A stretch of 64,000 nt of DNA from Narcine bancroftii (Eukaryota): contig NC_091476.1 in assembly GCF_036971445.1 (NCBI RefSeq), forward strand, positions 26,598,001 to 26,662,000, written 5' to 3'. Below, one piece after another: positions 51,661 through 63,828 of the stretch. Within the stretch, counting starts at the first letter, position 1. Each line of letters starts with the position of its first letter. Made by a program: the position numbers and the translations under genes. The notes under the pieces are model-generated. The model made no database searches, was not told where the DNA came from, and was given only the letters and a program-made list of their open reading frames with translations.

Positions 51661-52499
51661 ATAATTTTAAAGAAATAAAATAACGAATGTAACAGTGTCT
51701 TTCAGCACCTGAAAATAGTCTAACATTAGAGACTTATTATCTTGGATTTTGTTACTTTGGAAAGTGAAGCCCCTTTAAAAGGAAAGCATAATTAATAACT
51801 GATTCATGGTCTGTCACTTTGGGAAACCCTTCCCTCCTTCAATTTCTCCCAAAGGTACTGTTATTACACATTTTTGAAACATTGTATTCTCCAGCAGAGA
51901 TCACTCAGATAAGAAATGCATTATCATAAGTCAGAATCTCATGACAAACCAAATGCAGATGAAAGCAGATTCATCAGAAGCTTCTAGGGAAAGATCTTAA
52001 ACAGTAGATAGAATCCATGAAATATGAACTGTCCATCTGACATTTTTTCATTAAAGTTGCCATCTCTGAGAGAAAGCTGAAACAACTGATTGCTAGTGTT
52101 GCACTGGTGGGTCATCAGAGCATCTCACACATGGATGACAGGGGAAGGGAACAACAGAGGAAGGAGAAGAAACAAGAAAATGGAGCAAGAGGTTGGGGAG
52201 TGAAATATGAAAAGGGAATGATGGACAGTGAGACAAAGATAGACTGAGTTGAAAAGAGAAAGTGAAATGAAAAGAGGATGAGAAAGTGGGAGAACGTGGG
52301 AAGGGGTATCTTTCAAAGCAAAGACTAAGTCAAGAGACCAAAGTGAGAATGGGAGGGGTGGGCTGGAAAGAATGCCAGAAATTGGGAGGGATTTGCTCCT
52401 TCTGAGCTTTCTGTGTTTAGTCGCTGCTGTTGCCAAAGAGAGAAATAAAATTTGATTTGTATTTTTCTTTAATAGGGATCTGGGGCAGGAAAGTCCAAT

Positions 52500-52725
52500 A
52501 ACCCCTTCCCATTCCATTCAAAATGCTACCCCTTCCCCTTATCACTTCTCAGATTTTTTCTCTTCTGCTGTTCCACCCATATCTACCTATATCCTCTTGG
52601 CTGCTTGTCTGTTCTCTTCCCCTGCCCCTTCTTCCTTCCTTCCTTCCTTCCTTCCCCACCTTTTCATTCAGATGCCTGCCTGCTTTTTGCTCCTGTTTTG
52701 ACGTTGGTTATATATCTTTGTTACT
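52500..52725 (+). mobile_element. Penelope-derived pyrimidine-rich terminal fragment
   Basis: C/T-rich tract ending GACGTTGGTTATATATCTTTG, like other PLE termini in the window. Confidence 0.45.
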
Positions 52726-52844
52726 CCAGTTTTTAAATACAATTATCCACTCTCGTGCTGTTCCTTCTCTTGCAGACCATCTGGTCACTTACAAGCAGCC
52801 AGGGCTCTTAGAACTTCTGGGTGAAACCCACAGGAGACCTGGAC

Positions 52845-52848
<4 letters not shown>

Positions 52849-52879
<31 letters not shown>
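52849..52879. repeat. (TA)n microsatellite
   Basis: Seen directly. Confidence 0.95.
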
Positions 52880-52881
<2 letters not shown>

Positions 52882-52929
52882 TACAGGGAAACAAACAAAA
52901 AGGAAAGCCAGTTGGGTGAGATATGGTGG

Positions 52930-53457
52930 AGGTTAACGGCAAGGAGTTTGAAGATATTAGGTGTCTCCAAAGATTCTCAAAAATGTCTATAGGTGTACTG
53001 TGGAGAGCCTTCTGACTGGTTGCATCACTGACTGGTTCGGAGGTGCCAATTCTCAGGACAAGAAAAACTCCAGCGGGTTGTTAACTTGTCTTGTGACATC
53101 TTGGGCACCAGACTTCACTCCATTGAGGACATCTACAAGAGGTGGTGCCTTAAGAAAGCAGCATCTATCCTCAAGGATCCCCCACCACCCAGCCATGCCC
53201 ACTTCACTCTCTTACCATCGGGATAAAGGTACAAGAGCCTGAAGACAAGCCCTCAGCAGCACAAGACAAGCTTCTTCCCTGCTGCCATCAGCTTTCTGAA
53301 TGAACAATGAACCACAGATGTCACCATACTTCATCTTTTTCTTGCACTATATTTATTTATTTAGTTACGTGGCTTATATAAATATTTGCATGTGATGGTG
53401 CCACAAAACAATGATTTTTTTGACATATTCATGACAATAAATTCTGATTCTGATTCT
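52930..53457 (+). mobile_element. Rex1/Babar 3' fragment
   Basis: SPKILKNVYRCTVESLLTGCITDWFG; AATAAATTCTGATTCTGATTCT tail. Confidence 0.9.
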
Positions 53458-54714
53458 AAATGAGAGAATCAAAGACATTTGTGAGGGAATAAATTTCAGG
53501 GGTACAGGGATATGAGCAATGAGGGAAAGCAATAGGAGACGGCATGGTCACAAAGCACCAAATGGTTTCCTTCTCCATCGTTAGAAAATAAAAGGGAAGT
53601 TAGAAGGCAGAAAATGTAAAATTTATAACAAGAGAAACTGAGAGGCAGAGATTGGGGAGCACAACAGTGGAAAAGTGCAAGTAAAAGGCTTGTTCTTGGA
53701 AAAGTTTTGCTTCTTGGTTTTCCAACACATTGTATCACTGATCGGCTAGCTTGGGAACTGCTCAGGAGTGCCCTGTCACTCACAACCTTCAGCTTTTTGC
53801 CTGAACAATGACTCTTGAACTCTGCTCTGACCAGACAATAGCTTCTCATTCACCCCATCGGATCTGTGAAAAGCAAGAGGCGGATCTCAGCAAAAGCGAG
53901 TTGTGTAGCATCACCCTGATTGTTCCGACCAATACATTCGCTCCTCAGATCACAGTGAGACCCTTTCAGGAGCTTTTCATGTGCACTGTCCCTCAGAACT
54001 ACTCTCGTTCTTCTCGAGGAGGTGCAGGGTGAACTTATTTGCAAAACCATTCTACAGAGTCAGGACTATTCTCTGGAAGCAGCCTTCCATTTGACAGCTG
54101 GATGTGTCCTGTGAATTCCTGGAGCATGCATTGCAAACAACGTTTGTGGGTAAATGAAAGGAGTTAAATGTCAGCCTCATCCCCTCCACAAGCTGCAATA
54201 CAAAGAAAACGCTTCAGCAGCTTTAAATATGAAAAATGCATGCTGGGAATGTGAGCCACACAGAAAGAGAAAGAGGTTCAGGGATATTGATATTGAAAGA
54301 GTTCCCTGCCAGCTAAATTGTATCTGTTTACTATTATTATAACATGGATGAAGAGTTTAATGCTCAGGTACTCTGCAAAAATTTTTAAAAATCATTCAAT
54401 TGGCCACAATCCAGTTTAAAGCAGCATTAAAGAAGTTTATCCCCAGCACATGTGGTAAAAAAATACCTGTGTGATTTCTTCCAGCTCAAAATCATCTACC
54501 AACTTCTTATTAAACTGCAGTTAGAAAAGGTTGTCAGCCTTTCAGTTTAATGGGCTGCTTTATCCTCAATAGTTGCTGGAACTGCATTCCAGAGTGTATT
54601 CCATCACATTCCTGGTGCGTTCAGTGGATGGATTTGGGTGCCAGGTAAAGAGTTGCTTGCAGAAGGGTACCAAGCCACTGCCCTCCTCATGCAGTCAAGG
54701 TGCTTATGTAGTTG

Positions 54715-55090
54715 TGAAACATGAAAGTCTGCAGACACTGTGATTGTAGTAAAAACACAGTCAAGCTGGAGGATCTCGGCTGGCCTCGTAGCATCCACAG
54801 GAGGTAAGGGTATATTACCGACATTTTGGACCTGAGCCCTTCTTCAAGGAATAAGCAAAGAACAAGAGGTGTGAGAATAAAGACTGAATACTGGCTAGTG
54901 GAGGAATCCAGACCAACAAAAGGTATTAATTGGATATGTAAAAATTGCTTTTGACTCTGTGCAAGGAGATTTCTCTACTCATTCCTTGAAGAAGGGATCA
55001 GGTCAAAAATGTTGGTAATATATCTTTATCTCCTATGGAGGCTATGAGACCGGCTGAGTTCTTCCTGCATTTCTGTGTGTGTGTTCTACT
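54715..55090. mobile_element. Palindromic Penelope-terminus element
   Basis: CATTTTGGACCTGAGCCCTTCTTCAAGGAAT inverted with ATTCCTTGAAGAAGGGATCAGGTCAAAAATG. Confidence 0.75.
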
Positions 55091-55378
55091 TAAGTAGTTG
55101 TTTCGGTTGAATTTATGAATGACCATTAAGAATCAGGGGTTGATGGTTAGAAGCTGTTTTGTAGGAGATGGCCATTGCTGGAACCTCAGTGGGATGAATA
55201 TTACTGCCCATTTCTGAATATTGTCTGTTTTTGATTGTGCATTTCTATATTGTATCGAGATCCAGTGAAACAATGTTTTTCATGCTATCCAGTAAAGTCA
55301 ACCTAGCCTTGATTGCAACCGGTGATGCAAAATTACACAAAGGTGTAGAGTATAATGTTCTGGAGAAAATTTTCATTT

Positions 55379-56745
55379 AGTCAAGTCAAGTCAAGTTTAT
55401 TGTCATCTGACTGTACAAGTACAACCCGATGAAACAGCATTCTCCGCCGGTCCTTGGTGCAAATACATGCAAACATGCAGACATGCAACCAGTCGTAACA
55501 CACATACAGACAAACAATACATATGCAGGAGAAGTATTATATCTATAAAAATTAAAAAAATAAATATTGTTTTGTACAAATGAGAGTCTTGGATGATTAG
55601 TGAGAGCAGTTCCTTTGGTGACAGTCTTGAACCTTGCGGGAATGATGGACTGCTGCAGTGAGGTGTTGAAGATGTCCGAGAAGACCTCCTTCAATTGGTC
55701 TATGCAGTCCTTCAGTACCCCACCAGGTATGTTGCCTGATCCTGTTGCCATATGTGGGCTCACCTTGGATAGGGTTCTCCTCACCTTGGCCATGGCTATG
55801 TGGGAGAAGTTTGTCAGGGGGACACAGAGCTTCCTTTCGCTTCATCCTGTTGTTATTAAACTGTGCATAGAAAGTATTCAGTCTGTCTGGAAGGGAGGCT
55901 TCATTGCCCTTAATCCACAAGGTTGACTTGTGATCCGTAATTGTCAAATCTCTTGCCACATGTGCCTTGTGTCGCCAGTGTGGCACAGCTGTCTATCTTC
56001 TGTGCAATACCTCACTTTGCCTTCTGGATTGCATGGGAGAGTTCAGCCCTGGCTGATCCTAGTGCCATCCTATCCCCTATCCTGAAGACAGCATTGTGAG
56101 CTCTGAGAAGGGCTCGGACATCTGTATCCAACCATGGTTTCTAGTTGTGAACCATTTGATCTCGGTGACATCCTCAATGCACTTGCTGATGTAGCCATTC
56201 ACTGAGCTCGTGTACTCCTCTACGTTTGCATGACGGTTGTTGGTGGCCACCACACTGAATCAGTACGAGTCCATGGTCTTGAAGCAGTGATGTTATGGGA
56301 AACCCCCCCCCCCCACCCCTCAATGGCTCTGTCCTGATCTCCCTGCAAACTGACCTAGATTGCTTTTCCAGAGGTCTGTACATCAGGTTAGCAGGACAGA
56401 TATATGATCCGAGTAACCAAGATGGCTGTGAAGTGTAGTCTTGAACGGATCAGGGATGTTGGTGTACACCTGATCCAGGGTCTTCTCTCCACTGGTGGCA
56501 AAGTTCATATGCTGTTGAAAATGTGGTAAGACCATTTTCAGGTTGACAATCATGGAACCATCAGGGTGGGATGTCTGGGTTCCTTCTTATCTTCACCCTC
56601 GTTAGCTGAAGGTAGAATGTAGTCTTCAGCAATCAGCTTGGACTGGTAGAGGTTACAAACTGTGCACTGCTTTGGTGAACCTGCATAGTGATCTTCTGCG
56701 ACTGGATCTTGACATCAGCAGAGAATAATCCAAGCATGAGAGTGC
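55379..56745 (-). mobile_element. Rex1/Babar LINE with a large internal deletion (3' UTR joined to linker/endonuclease region)
   Basis: (CTTGA)n tail; VRRTLSKV..HMATGSGNIPGGVLKDC.DQL.EVFSDIFNTSL; LPDRLNTFYAQF; endonuclease-like TLDQVYTN..HLGYSDH near 56400-56490. Confidence 0.85.
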
Positions 56746-57149
56746 AGCCAAAGAACTTGCGCAGAATGTTACAGATCTCAGTGATGTCAGCACCAGAATT
56801 CCTGAGCTTGTCAATGTTTTTTTTTAATGGATACTCTTTTCACAGGATCCTTGAGTCAACCTCAGCAGCCAGTCTTGGATCTAAAAACCTATCCAGTCAT
56901 AGCAAAAGCTCAAAAAAATGCAGGAAATACTCAGCAGATTAGGCAGCATCTGTGGAAGGATAAACATGATTAACATTAACATTTCAGTCCAGATGAGTAC
57001 AGGAATGAAGTGCTATCTGTGGTGTCACCGCTGAAGCTGGCCATTCCTTGACAACCTGCAATTAAAGGCGGGAAAAAAATACACCCCTTATTGTTTTGCA
57101 TACTCTGTGGATTTCTTGCAAATGTCTTGCTCCATTTATAGAGAACTCT

Positions 57150-57875
57150 AGTGACACCATGTTTGAATTTTGTCCACAGGTCCAGAGTTTCTACCTAAGA
57201 AAGGAAGATTCACCAGATTAAAATCCTGTGATGAATTACTTGCTGCATGAAGTGGGATTAAGGGAACTGGACCTGTCTCCTGATTTCATTGAAATTATCA
57301 AAATGCTTGGAAGAGTAGTTGAAGATGTGATGCTTCCCATGGCTGCCTGGAGTCAGTGGTCAAAGTAATGGGTTGGTCATTGTTAGGTCTGCTTTGTTCA
57401 TGAATGAGTGAGTCAAACACCAGACTGAGTCGAAATCAAGGTTCTTTGTTCTTTATTGCCGGATTGTAACACTTGCAACTAACAGTGTTAGTTGGAGAAG
57501 GCGCATTCTGCCTTTATCAGCAAGTGGTGTTTTTTATATGCCTTAGGATACGTACTTAGTAAATTATCATACCATGACATTGTCCAATGAATAAACTGTT
57601 GCTATCCTTCTCTGCTAGTTTCCTGCACATCAATTTGTCATCCCCACTCTTATCTTGAGAGTACAAGGTCACAACTGCATCTTGTTACGGCCCAGCACTG
57701 GGTGACTCCTTCTACATTCCCAGCTCATGATGTTTTTACCTAACATCATTCAGGAGAGAGAAGAGAAGAGATTTCTTCTCCAACTGGGTAGAGGAACCTT
57801 GGAATGGATCACATGCCACAAAGGCATTCCCAATGATAGAATTATAGATATCAAATGAATCAAGGGAGGATCTGT
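57150..57875 (+). mobile_element. Old CR1 3' fragment split by a solo LTR
   Basis: GAAGATTCACCAGA before, and GATTTCTTCTC...CCTTGGAAT after, the LTR. Confidence 0.6.
57381..57745 (-). mobile_element. Solo LTR (365 bp), Gypsy-like
   Basis: TGTTAGGT...ACCTAACA inverted ends, exact 4-bp TSD TCAT, TATA-like box and AATAAA on the minus strand. Confidence 0.88.
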
Positions 57876-57879
57876 CATT

Positions 57880-58935
57880 AAGTGAATTTGAGGTCAGAGT
57901 GGAAGCTGGCAGCAAAGTGGATGAAGTAAATGAGCTCATCATGGGTACATGAGGCAGCACCAAAGTAGTCTTCGATTTAATGGAGGAAGAGTTGAGGGAC
58001 CCTGCCAGTGTAGGTTTGTAGCATGGATTGCTCCAAATAGCAAACAAAAAAAGGCAGGCATAGCTGGGGCCCATGCAGGTATCCATGGCTACCCCTTTAA
58101 CCTGGAGAAAGTGCGATGAGTCAAAGGAGAAATTATTGAGGGTGCAGTCCACTGTTCCCTCGAAGGTGTGTGTATGTGTGCCTGCACACACATTTTGCAA
58201 CAAGTGCATAAAGGAAATTAATGGGCACACAAAACTGAACAAAGTAGATCAAAGTATAGAATACAATTTTAACTAAATATGTTAGTTCATAGAATGCAAT
58301 CATACTTTATATATTAAAACATGCCAATACAGTTTTATTAGCCATGAGAGATAGGCTGTGCCAAAATTATTCTGAAACAATTTCAAGTTTATATTTGCAC
58401 AAACATTCAGTGTGGTCATACTTATGTCACAGAAAAAAAATGTGCACAACTTAAGATTTTTGTGCACACTGATTACCAAAATTAGAAGGAACAATGATGA
58501 GGGCAAGTTCTTCCAGCTGGAGGAAGGTGGTGGTGGAGGGGGACTGGTTGGGTCTATTGTCCAGAAAGAAACAAAGGGCTAGGCCTTCACTATGGGGGAT
58601 GGAGGTGTATAGGGACTGGATATCCATGGTAAACATGAGGTGATCGAGTTCAGGGAACTGGAAGTTGTTGAAGAGATGGAGGGTGTGTAGAGTGTCCCAG
58701 ATATAGGTGGGGAGGGACTGGACCGGGGAGGGACAAAACAGAGTCAAGGTAAGTGGAAACCAATTCGTTGGGGCAGGAGCACATGGCCGTGATGGGTCTG
58801 CCGGGACAATTGGGTTTGTGGATCTTGGGAATGGGGGTAGAAATGGGTGGTGCGCAGTTGGGAAACAATAAGGTTGGAGGCCGTGTCAGGGAGGTGACCA
58901 GAAATGATGAGTTCAGAGATGGTGTGGTCATCTGC
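57880..58935 (-). mobile_element. Penelope-like element (Poseidon-type) RT fragment
   Basis: PKIHKPNCPGRPI, FTMDIQSLYTSIPH.EGL, LNNFSFDSSHFLQVKGVAM..MGPSYACLF. Confidence 0.92.
58150..58496. mobile_element. hAT-type MITE nested in the Penelope RT
   Basis: TIRs CACTGTTCCCTCGAA / TTAGAAGGAACAATG; splits ELAL|TLNN; degenerate 8-bp flanks GTGCAGTC / ATGAGGGC. Confidence 0.7.
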
Positions 58936-59102
58936 CTGTTTCATGCCATCTCAATAAATTTCTATCCCCATATTACATTGGTCTGCTAAAGGCAACTATT
59001 GAACTTCCTTCCCAATAGCAATCCAGCAAGAACTGGGATCCAATTAGTTCTCATCAATACACATCATTAATGAATCAAGTAAGTTGCATTATGTCTTCAT
59101 AT

Positions 59103-59510
59103 TCAGACTTCAGATTTATTGTCAGAGTACATACATGACATCACATACAACCTGAAGTTATTTTTCCTGCAGGCAATGCAGAATTACCATTTATTTACAG
59201 TCCAAAACAACTGTACTTAATGAACATATGTAAACAAATAAAGAAATGTAAACAGATTGTGCAATACAGAAAGAAAAAAATCAATAAAGTGCAAAAATAA
59301 GGGACCTTAAATGAGCCCCTGATTGAGTTTGTTGTTGAGGAGTCTGATAGTGGAGGGGTAGCAGCTGTTCCTGAACCTGGTGGTGTGAGTCTTGGGGCAC
59401 CTATACCTCTTTCCTGATAGTAGCAGCCAGAACAGAGCATGTGCTGGATGATGTGGATCCTTGGTGATTGCTGCTGCTCTCCAACGGCAATGTTCCCTGT
59501 AGATGTTCTC
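59103..59510 (-). mobile_element. Rex1/Babar 3' fragment
   Basis: IENIYREHC..RAAAITKDPHHPAHALF.LL.SGKRYR..KTHTTRFRNSCYPSTIRLLN. Confidence 0.9.
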
Positions 59511-60955
59511 GATTTTGCTGAAATGAAGGTAATTTTCAAAATGCAAACAATGTTCCATGGCTGATCTAATGTTCTTGTGTAGTTACTAATTCTGTTACAT
59601 AAAAAAATACAACCTCAGAAGAGAAGCATAAGTAAAAGTAAAAAATATTGCTGAGCCGACAAAAAAAATCATTGTCCTTTTACAAAAATGCATGCTGACA
59701 TCTGGGGTGATCATATAGGATCTGTTCCTCTATAACTGCAATCATACTTGTAAATGATGTGCTGCAGTGAGAAACTCAGCTCAGCAAATGATTCAAAAAG
59801 AATTTAAATGAATAATAAATAAAGCAGGAAGCAATTTAGAGGTCAAATGGTCAAGACAATTGACTCCCACGGACAAAATAGCAGCAGTGCAGTGAATTCT
59901 CTGGAGCAAAGCTAGGCACATGGGATATTTTACTTATTCCACAGAGGAATCATCTGTACAGTATACCATGTCATTGTTCAGTTGTATTTACACAGACAGC
60001 AGGCCGGCATGTCTGTATATAGCAACTTGACAGGCAGGAATTCACAAATTAATAGGGTAAATATTTACTGATTAGAACTCTTTGATAGTTGGCTGTTTCA
60101 TTGTGCTTGCCAATCGATCATTTCCTGTCTGGAGATTATCTTCCATCTCTCCTACTTGCTGTGACATCATCAGTGTTCTTTGCACACTCTTTGAAGTAAC
60201 TAGGCATCAAACAAGCCTTTCCTGACACTGCCTGGGGGAGAGCTTGGGATATCCTGTCGCCTTCAGAATATGAATGGCATCCTCTACTCAGAACACCAGA
60301 CTCTTTCCAAATTCTTTTACCGGAGACATCAGTGGAGGAAAAGCACATAATTAGGAGTTCTGGCATATTTACCTGATAAAATAGCACACAATCTTAACCC
60401 TCAGTCTGTCAATGCAAAGGATATTAGTATTCTCCTATCCTCTGGACACTGCTCTGAGCTTTCTGATCAGGCTCTTCTAAATTAATGTATAAATTTGATA
60501 AGAGTTGATTACTTCCCAGAGTTCTTCTGCCTGGTTTTCTATTGTTACTTTTGGTAACGCAGTTTTTGAGTAGTTGCAAGAAAATCAGGCAAAATGATTT
60601 TGTTTTTAACCATACAGTCTAATTTGCAGAACTCTGTCTCATTTTCACTGGTTGTTTTTCTTAACTTGTCTCATCTAGGGTCACCAGACACTTAAGAGCT
60701 CAACATTAGTGTTAGAAGCATCAATTTAAAGCATAAATCTGACTTAATGTTGATAGCTATGTTCAGTACACAGAGCGCTGGAGAAACTCAATAGGTTTTG
60801 CTCCTGTTTGCCCTCATAATTTTGTTATTACTTTTGTGTTGCTGTCAAATATGTGTGACCTGGCTATTTATTGTGAGATTTGCTATTAAGACAGGACTTC
60901 ATACAGGTCACATTGAATTCCCACCAATAATTGTTCTATCTCTGCCTTTTGAAAA

Positions 60956-61380
60956 GTTACAATGAAAATTTTGCTTCCTGAATACTTTTGGGTGTATTTG
61001 ATAGATTTTGGGCTGCTGGTCATGAAAATCACCTTAAATTTTTCCTAAATATAATCTATTTTGTGATTTAATGTCATATTTTAAACCTACTAGTATGTAT
61101 TACCCACAAAACAAGCTGTTTGGGTCAGTCCAAGCATACCTGGGCATGCTCTCAGTTCAGGTGCTATGCAGATGTTGACATGCTTAATCGTGACAGGGTA
61201 TAAAAGCAGCTCACATATACAGATACTGCATATTATATTGATTATAGATTAAACACATATTGATGCACATGTTCTTCAGGCAATAGAATGGTGAGTGTAC
61301 TTAACCAGATCAGGAAGATTCAATACAGCAGAAATGTCTCATCAATGTCACAACAGCTGAGATACATTCTGTTACATTAG
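60956..61380 (+). mobile_element. Chapaev3 (CMC) DNA transposon 5' remnant
   Basis: Subterminal TTTTGGGCTGCTGGTCATGAAAATCACCTT and MSHQCHNS*DTFCYI at 61334-61378, resembling the Chapaev3 transposase start (MSR.C.N.PD.FCYICG). Confidence 0.65.
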
Positions 61381-61389
61381 TAGCATGCA

Positions 61390-61950
61390 TATTCATTCAT
61401 TTATGTGCCTTACCTTTCAGCATTGACAATCATGTCTCTCCATCCGTCACGACCTCTGACCCTCCGAATTGTAGTTGTTACCTCCCCTGTTCTCCTTCGG
61501 TGAAGGCTCTTTCTTTGACCTGAGACCCTAGTTGATGTTGAGTTCATGATTATACATGGGAAAAATACTGAAGTCCTTTCCCGTTGCACACTAATTTTTT
61601 TAAAAGTTTTTTTAATGTTCTTCCAAAGATTTGAGGATGGGAGGGATATACTATGCAAGGTGAGGAATCATTAAAAAAAATCAATGCAAAGGCATGTTCC
61701 ATCCTTCTGTATTTCTACCTGTTTGGTGATATCTGGTGTTATTTCCTGCATTGCTGCTAGTTCTTGGAACATCGTTTATGATTTGTTACCTCTTCCCGTT
61801 GTTGATGAGAAAGTTGTCAATGCTCTTGTGACCATCACTGGTGAAGAAATATCTTTCCTGTTATTTCCTTGTTGGAGAAGTACATCAGTATCGCCATGCA
61901 AATCTGGTCCCACTTATTTTGTCAACAGAACATGGAAGTATTTGTCCAGT
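61390..61950 (-). mobile_element. Degenerate RTE-clade LINE 3' fragment
   Basis: IRRVRGRDGWRDMIVNAER*GT then (ATGA)n tail; frameshifted RFA.DT near 61885-61905. Confidence 0.5.
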
Positions 61951-62520
61951 TTCTGCCATTTGAAATAGATGCCTTAAGTTAAAGAAGTAGAAATCCTTTT
62001 TAACCAGCTCCATCAACAATTCCTGCCCACTCACTGATGATCTGCATAAAGAGTAGGCATTTACTGCCAACAGCTCACTCTCTGTATTACAATGTGAAAT
62101 GATCTTACATGTCTTGCTGACTTTTTTTCATACATTATCTACAAAATATATACAAAAATTGATAATTTTGTCAACATTTTTTATGTCAAACAGTTTTAAG
62201 ACATTTCTAAATCTAATTCATTTCCATCCATTTAGTTATGAAATTATTTTTAGTCCATGTTTTCGTCCAGTAACCTTTTAGATCGTTCTTGCAATTTTGC
62301 CAGGCGTTATCTGTGAAGCTCAGCATCATTTCAAAAATAACTTGGCCTTTGCCCACGTAATCAATTTAGTAAGTGCAATTCCTTTAGATGTATATTTAGA
62401 GCTGGCTTCCTGCCTCTTAGACTTCATGGAAATTATTCCTTAAGGTTATCTCCCTGTATTTTTTTTAATTATGGTGAGAGGTTGATTCAGAAGTAATGTC
62501 TGTTTTTTAACTCTATGCTA

Positions 62521-62584
62521 TTTTACACAGCTACTGTGTTCCGGGAAATTATTCCTGAATTCCCAGAACGCAGTCTGTGTAAAA
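62521..62584. repeat. 64-bp imperfect hairpin
   Basis: TTTTACACAG-ct-ACTGTGTTCCGGGAA ... TTCCCAGAACGCAGT-CTGTGTAAAA. Confidence 0.8.
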
Positions 62585-62799
62585 AGATCAGAAGGGAAAT
62601 GAGTGACTTGTTCCCATTTCAAAATTTTACCTGCTTTTCTCTTCTCGCTGCTACCTTCAGGTACAAGGTACTGAACCCTGAAGTCTGGCATCTCTAGTTT
62701 CAAGAACATTTTTTTTCCTCCAGCTTTCAGGCTTTTGAGGCCTTTCCATACAGCCCTAGATATTTTTGCAGACTTCCTGCAGTCTAAACTGAATTACAG

Positions 62800-63200
62800 G
62801 TAGTCCGAAACAATGGGCTACTGAATACAGCGCAATGATTATGCACGATGTTGTGTTTAGCTCGTGACATTGCAATGTGGGAGATTTAAATGTGCAGCGA
62901 GGAGACATTTGCCTACCAACAGCAGTCAACTACCTTGTAGAATAATTAGTGTGATGCTGGCCTTAATAGGATCTGTGGATCAAGAGCCGTTTTGCTCTAC
63001 TGTCTGCAGGCTTTTTGGAACGCAGATGAATGACGTCACTTATGACGTCGACGCAGTGATGCTTTACGGCATATGTAAGTTATACATCACGAGCAACGCT
63101 GACCGACGTCCAGCCTACGTAAGTACCACACCTACGGTACTTTGTCTAAACAAACAGTGATATCCGTTCTGTGTGAACGGCCACTCCAGAAGGTAGGTGT
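62800..63200. promoter_or_regulatory. CpG-retaining patch with tandem CRE motifs; candidate promoter/first exon
   Basis: About 20 CpGs; TGACGTCA at 63031, TGACGTCG at 63043, donor-like AAG|GTAGGT at 63193. Confidence 0.4.
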
Positions 63201-63439
63201 GAAAATTGACTACAAAAAATTAACGTTACTTGTGTAAAAAACATAATTGGGAAAGGTACGTGAAAATAACTCCATAAGGAAAAAAGAATTCATGTCATTT
63301 GCTGTTCTCCTGCTATGCTTTGGGAGTCATTTTGTGGATTATATTGTACTATTAGCAAAATTTGAAGGTAAACACTTCATGAGTTTATATGCCTTTTGTT
63401 TTCAACTATTTTATCAGGAATATTAGCCATTTTCTAATT

Positions 63440-63828
63440 AAGTTCAAGTTCATATTTATTGTCAAACTATATACATGACATCACACACAACCTTGAGAAT
63501 CTTTTTCCTGTGAGGGAGGCATGATTACCATGTATTGGAGGTGCAGAAAAACCAAAACTGTACACAATGTACACATGTAAACAAATAAAGACATGTAAAA
63601 AAACTGACTGTGCAATACAGAGAGAAAAGAAAATCAATAAAATGCAAAAATAAAAGTCCTTATATGAGTTCCTAATTGAGTTTGCCGTTGAGATGTCTGA
63701 TGGTAGAGGGGTAGCAGCTGTTCCTGAACCTGGTGATGTGAGTCTAGAGGTACCTATACCTCTTCCTTGATGGTAGCAGGGAGAACAGAGTGTGTGCTGG
63801 GTGATGTGGATCCTTGATGATTGCTGCT
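63440..63828 (-). mobile_element. Rex1/Babar 3' fragment
   Basis: AAIIKDPHHPAHTLFSLLPSRKRYR..TRFRNSCYP; TGAACT repeat tail. Confidence 0.88.

Noticed and set aside
60136-60387. ORF beginning FYQVNMPEL, resembling a phospholipase C C2-domain stretch, with a possible acceptor
   Set aside because: Similarity ends after about 8 residues and no other PLC exons are visible
61409-61560. Perfect minus-strand splice donor AAG|GTAAGG
   Set aside because: Lies in the C-terminus of an RTE fragment, where TAA appears to be a mutated CAA codon
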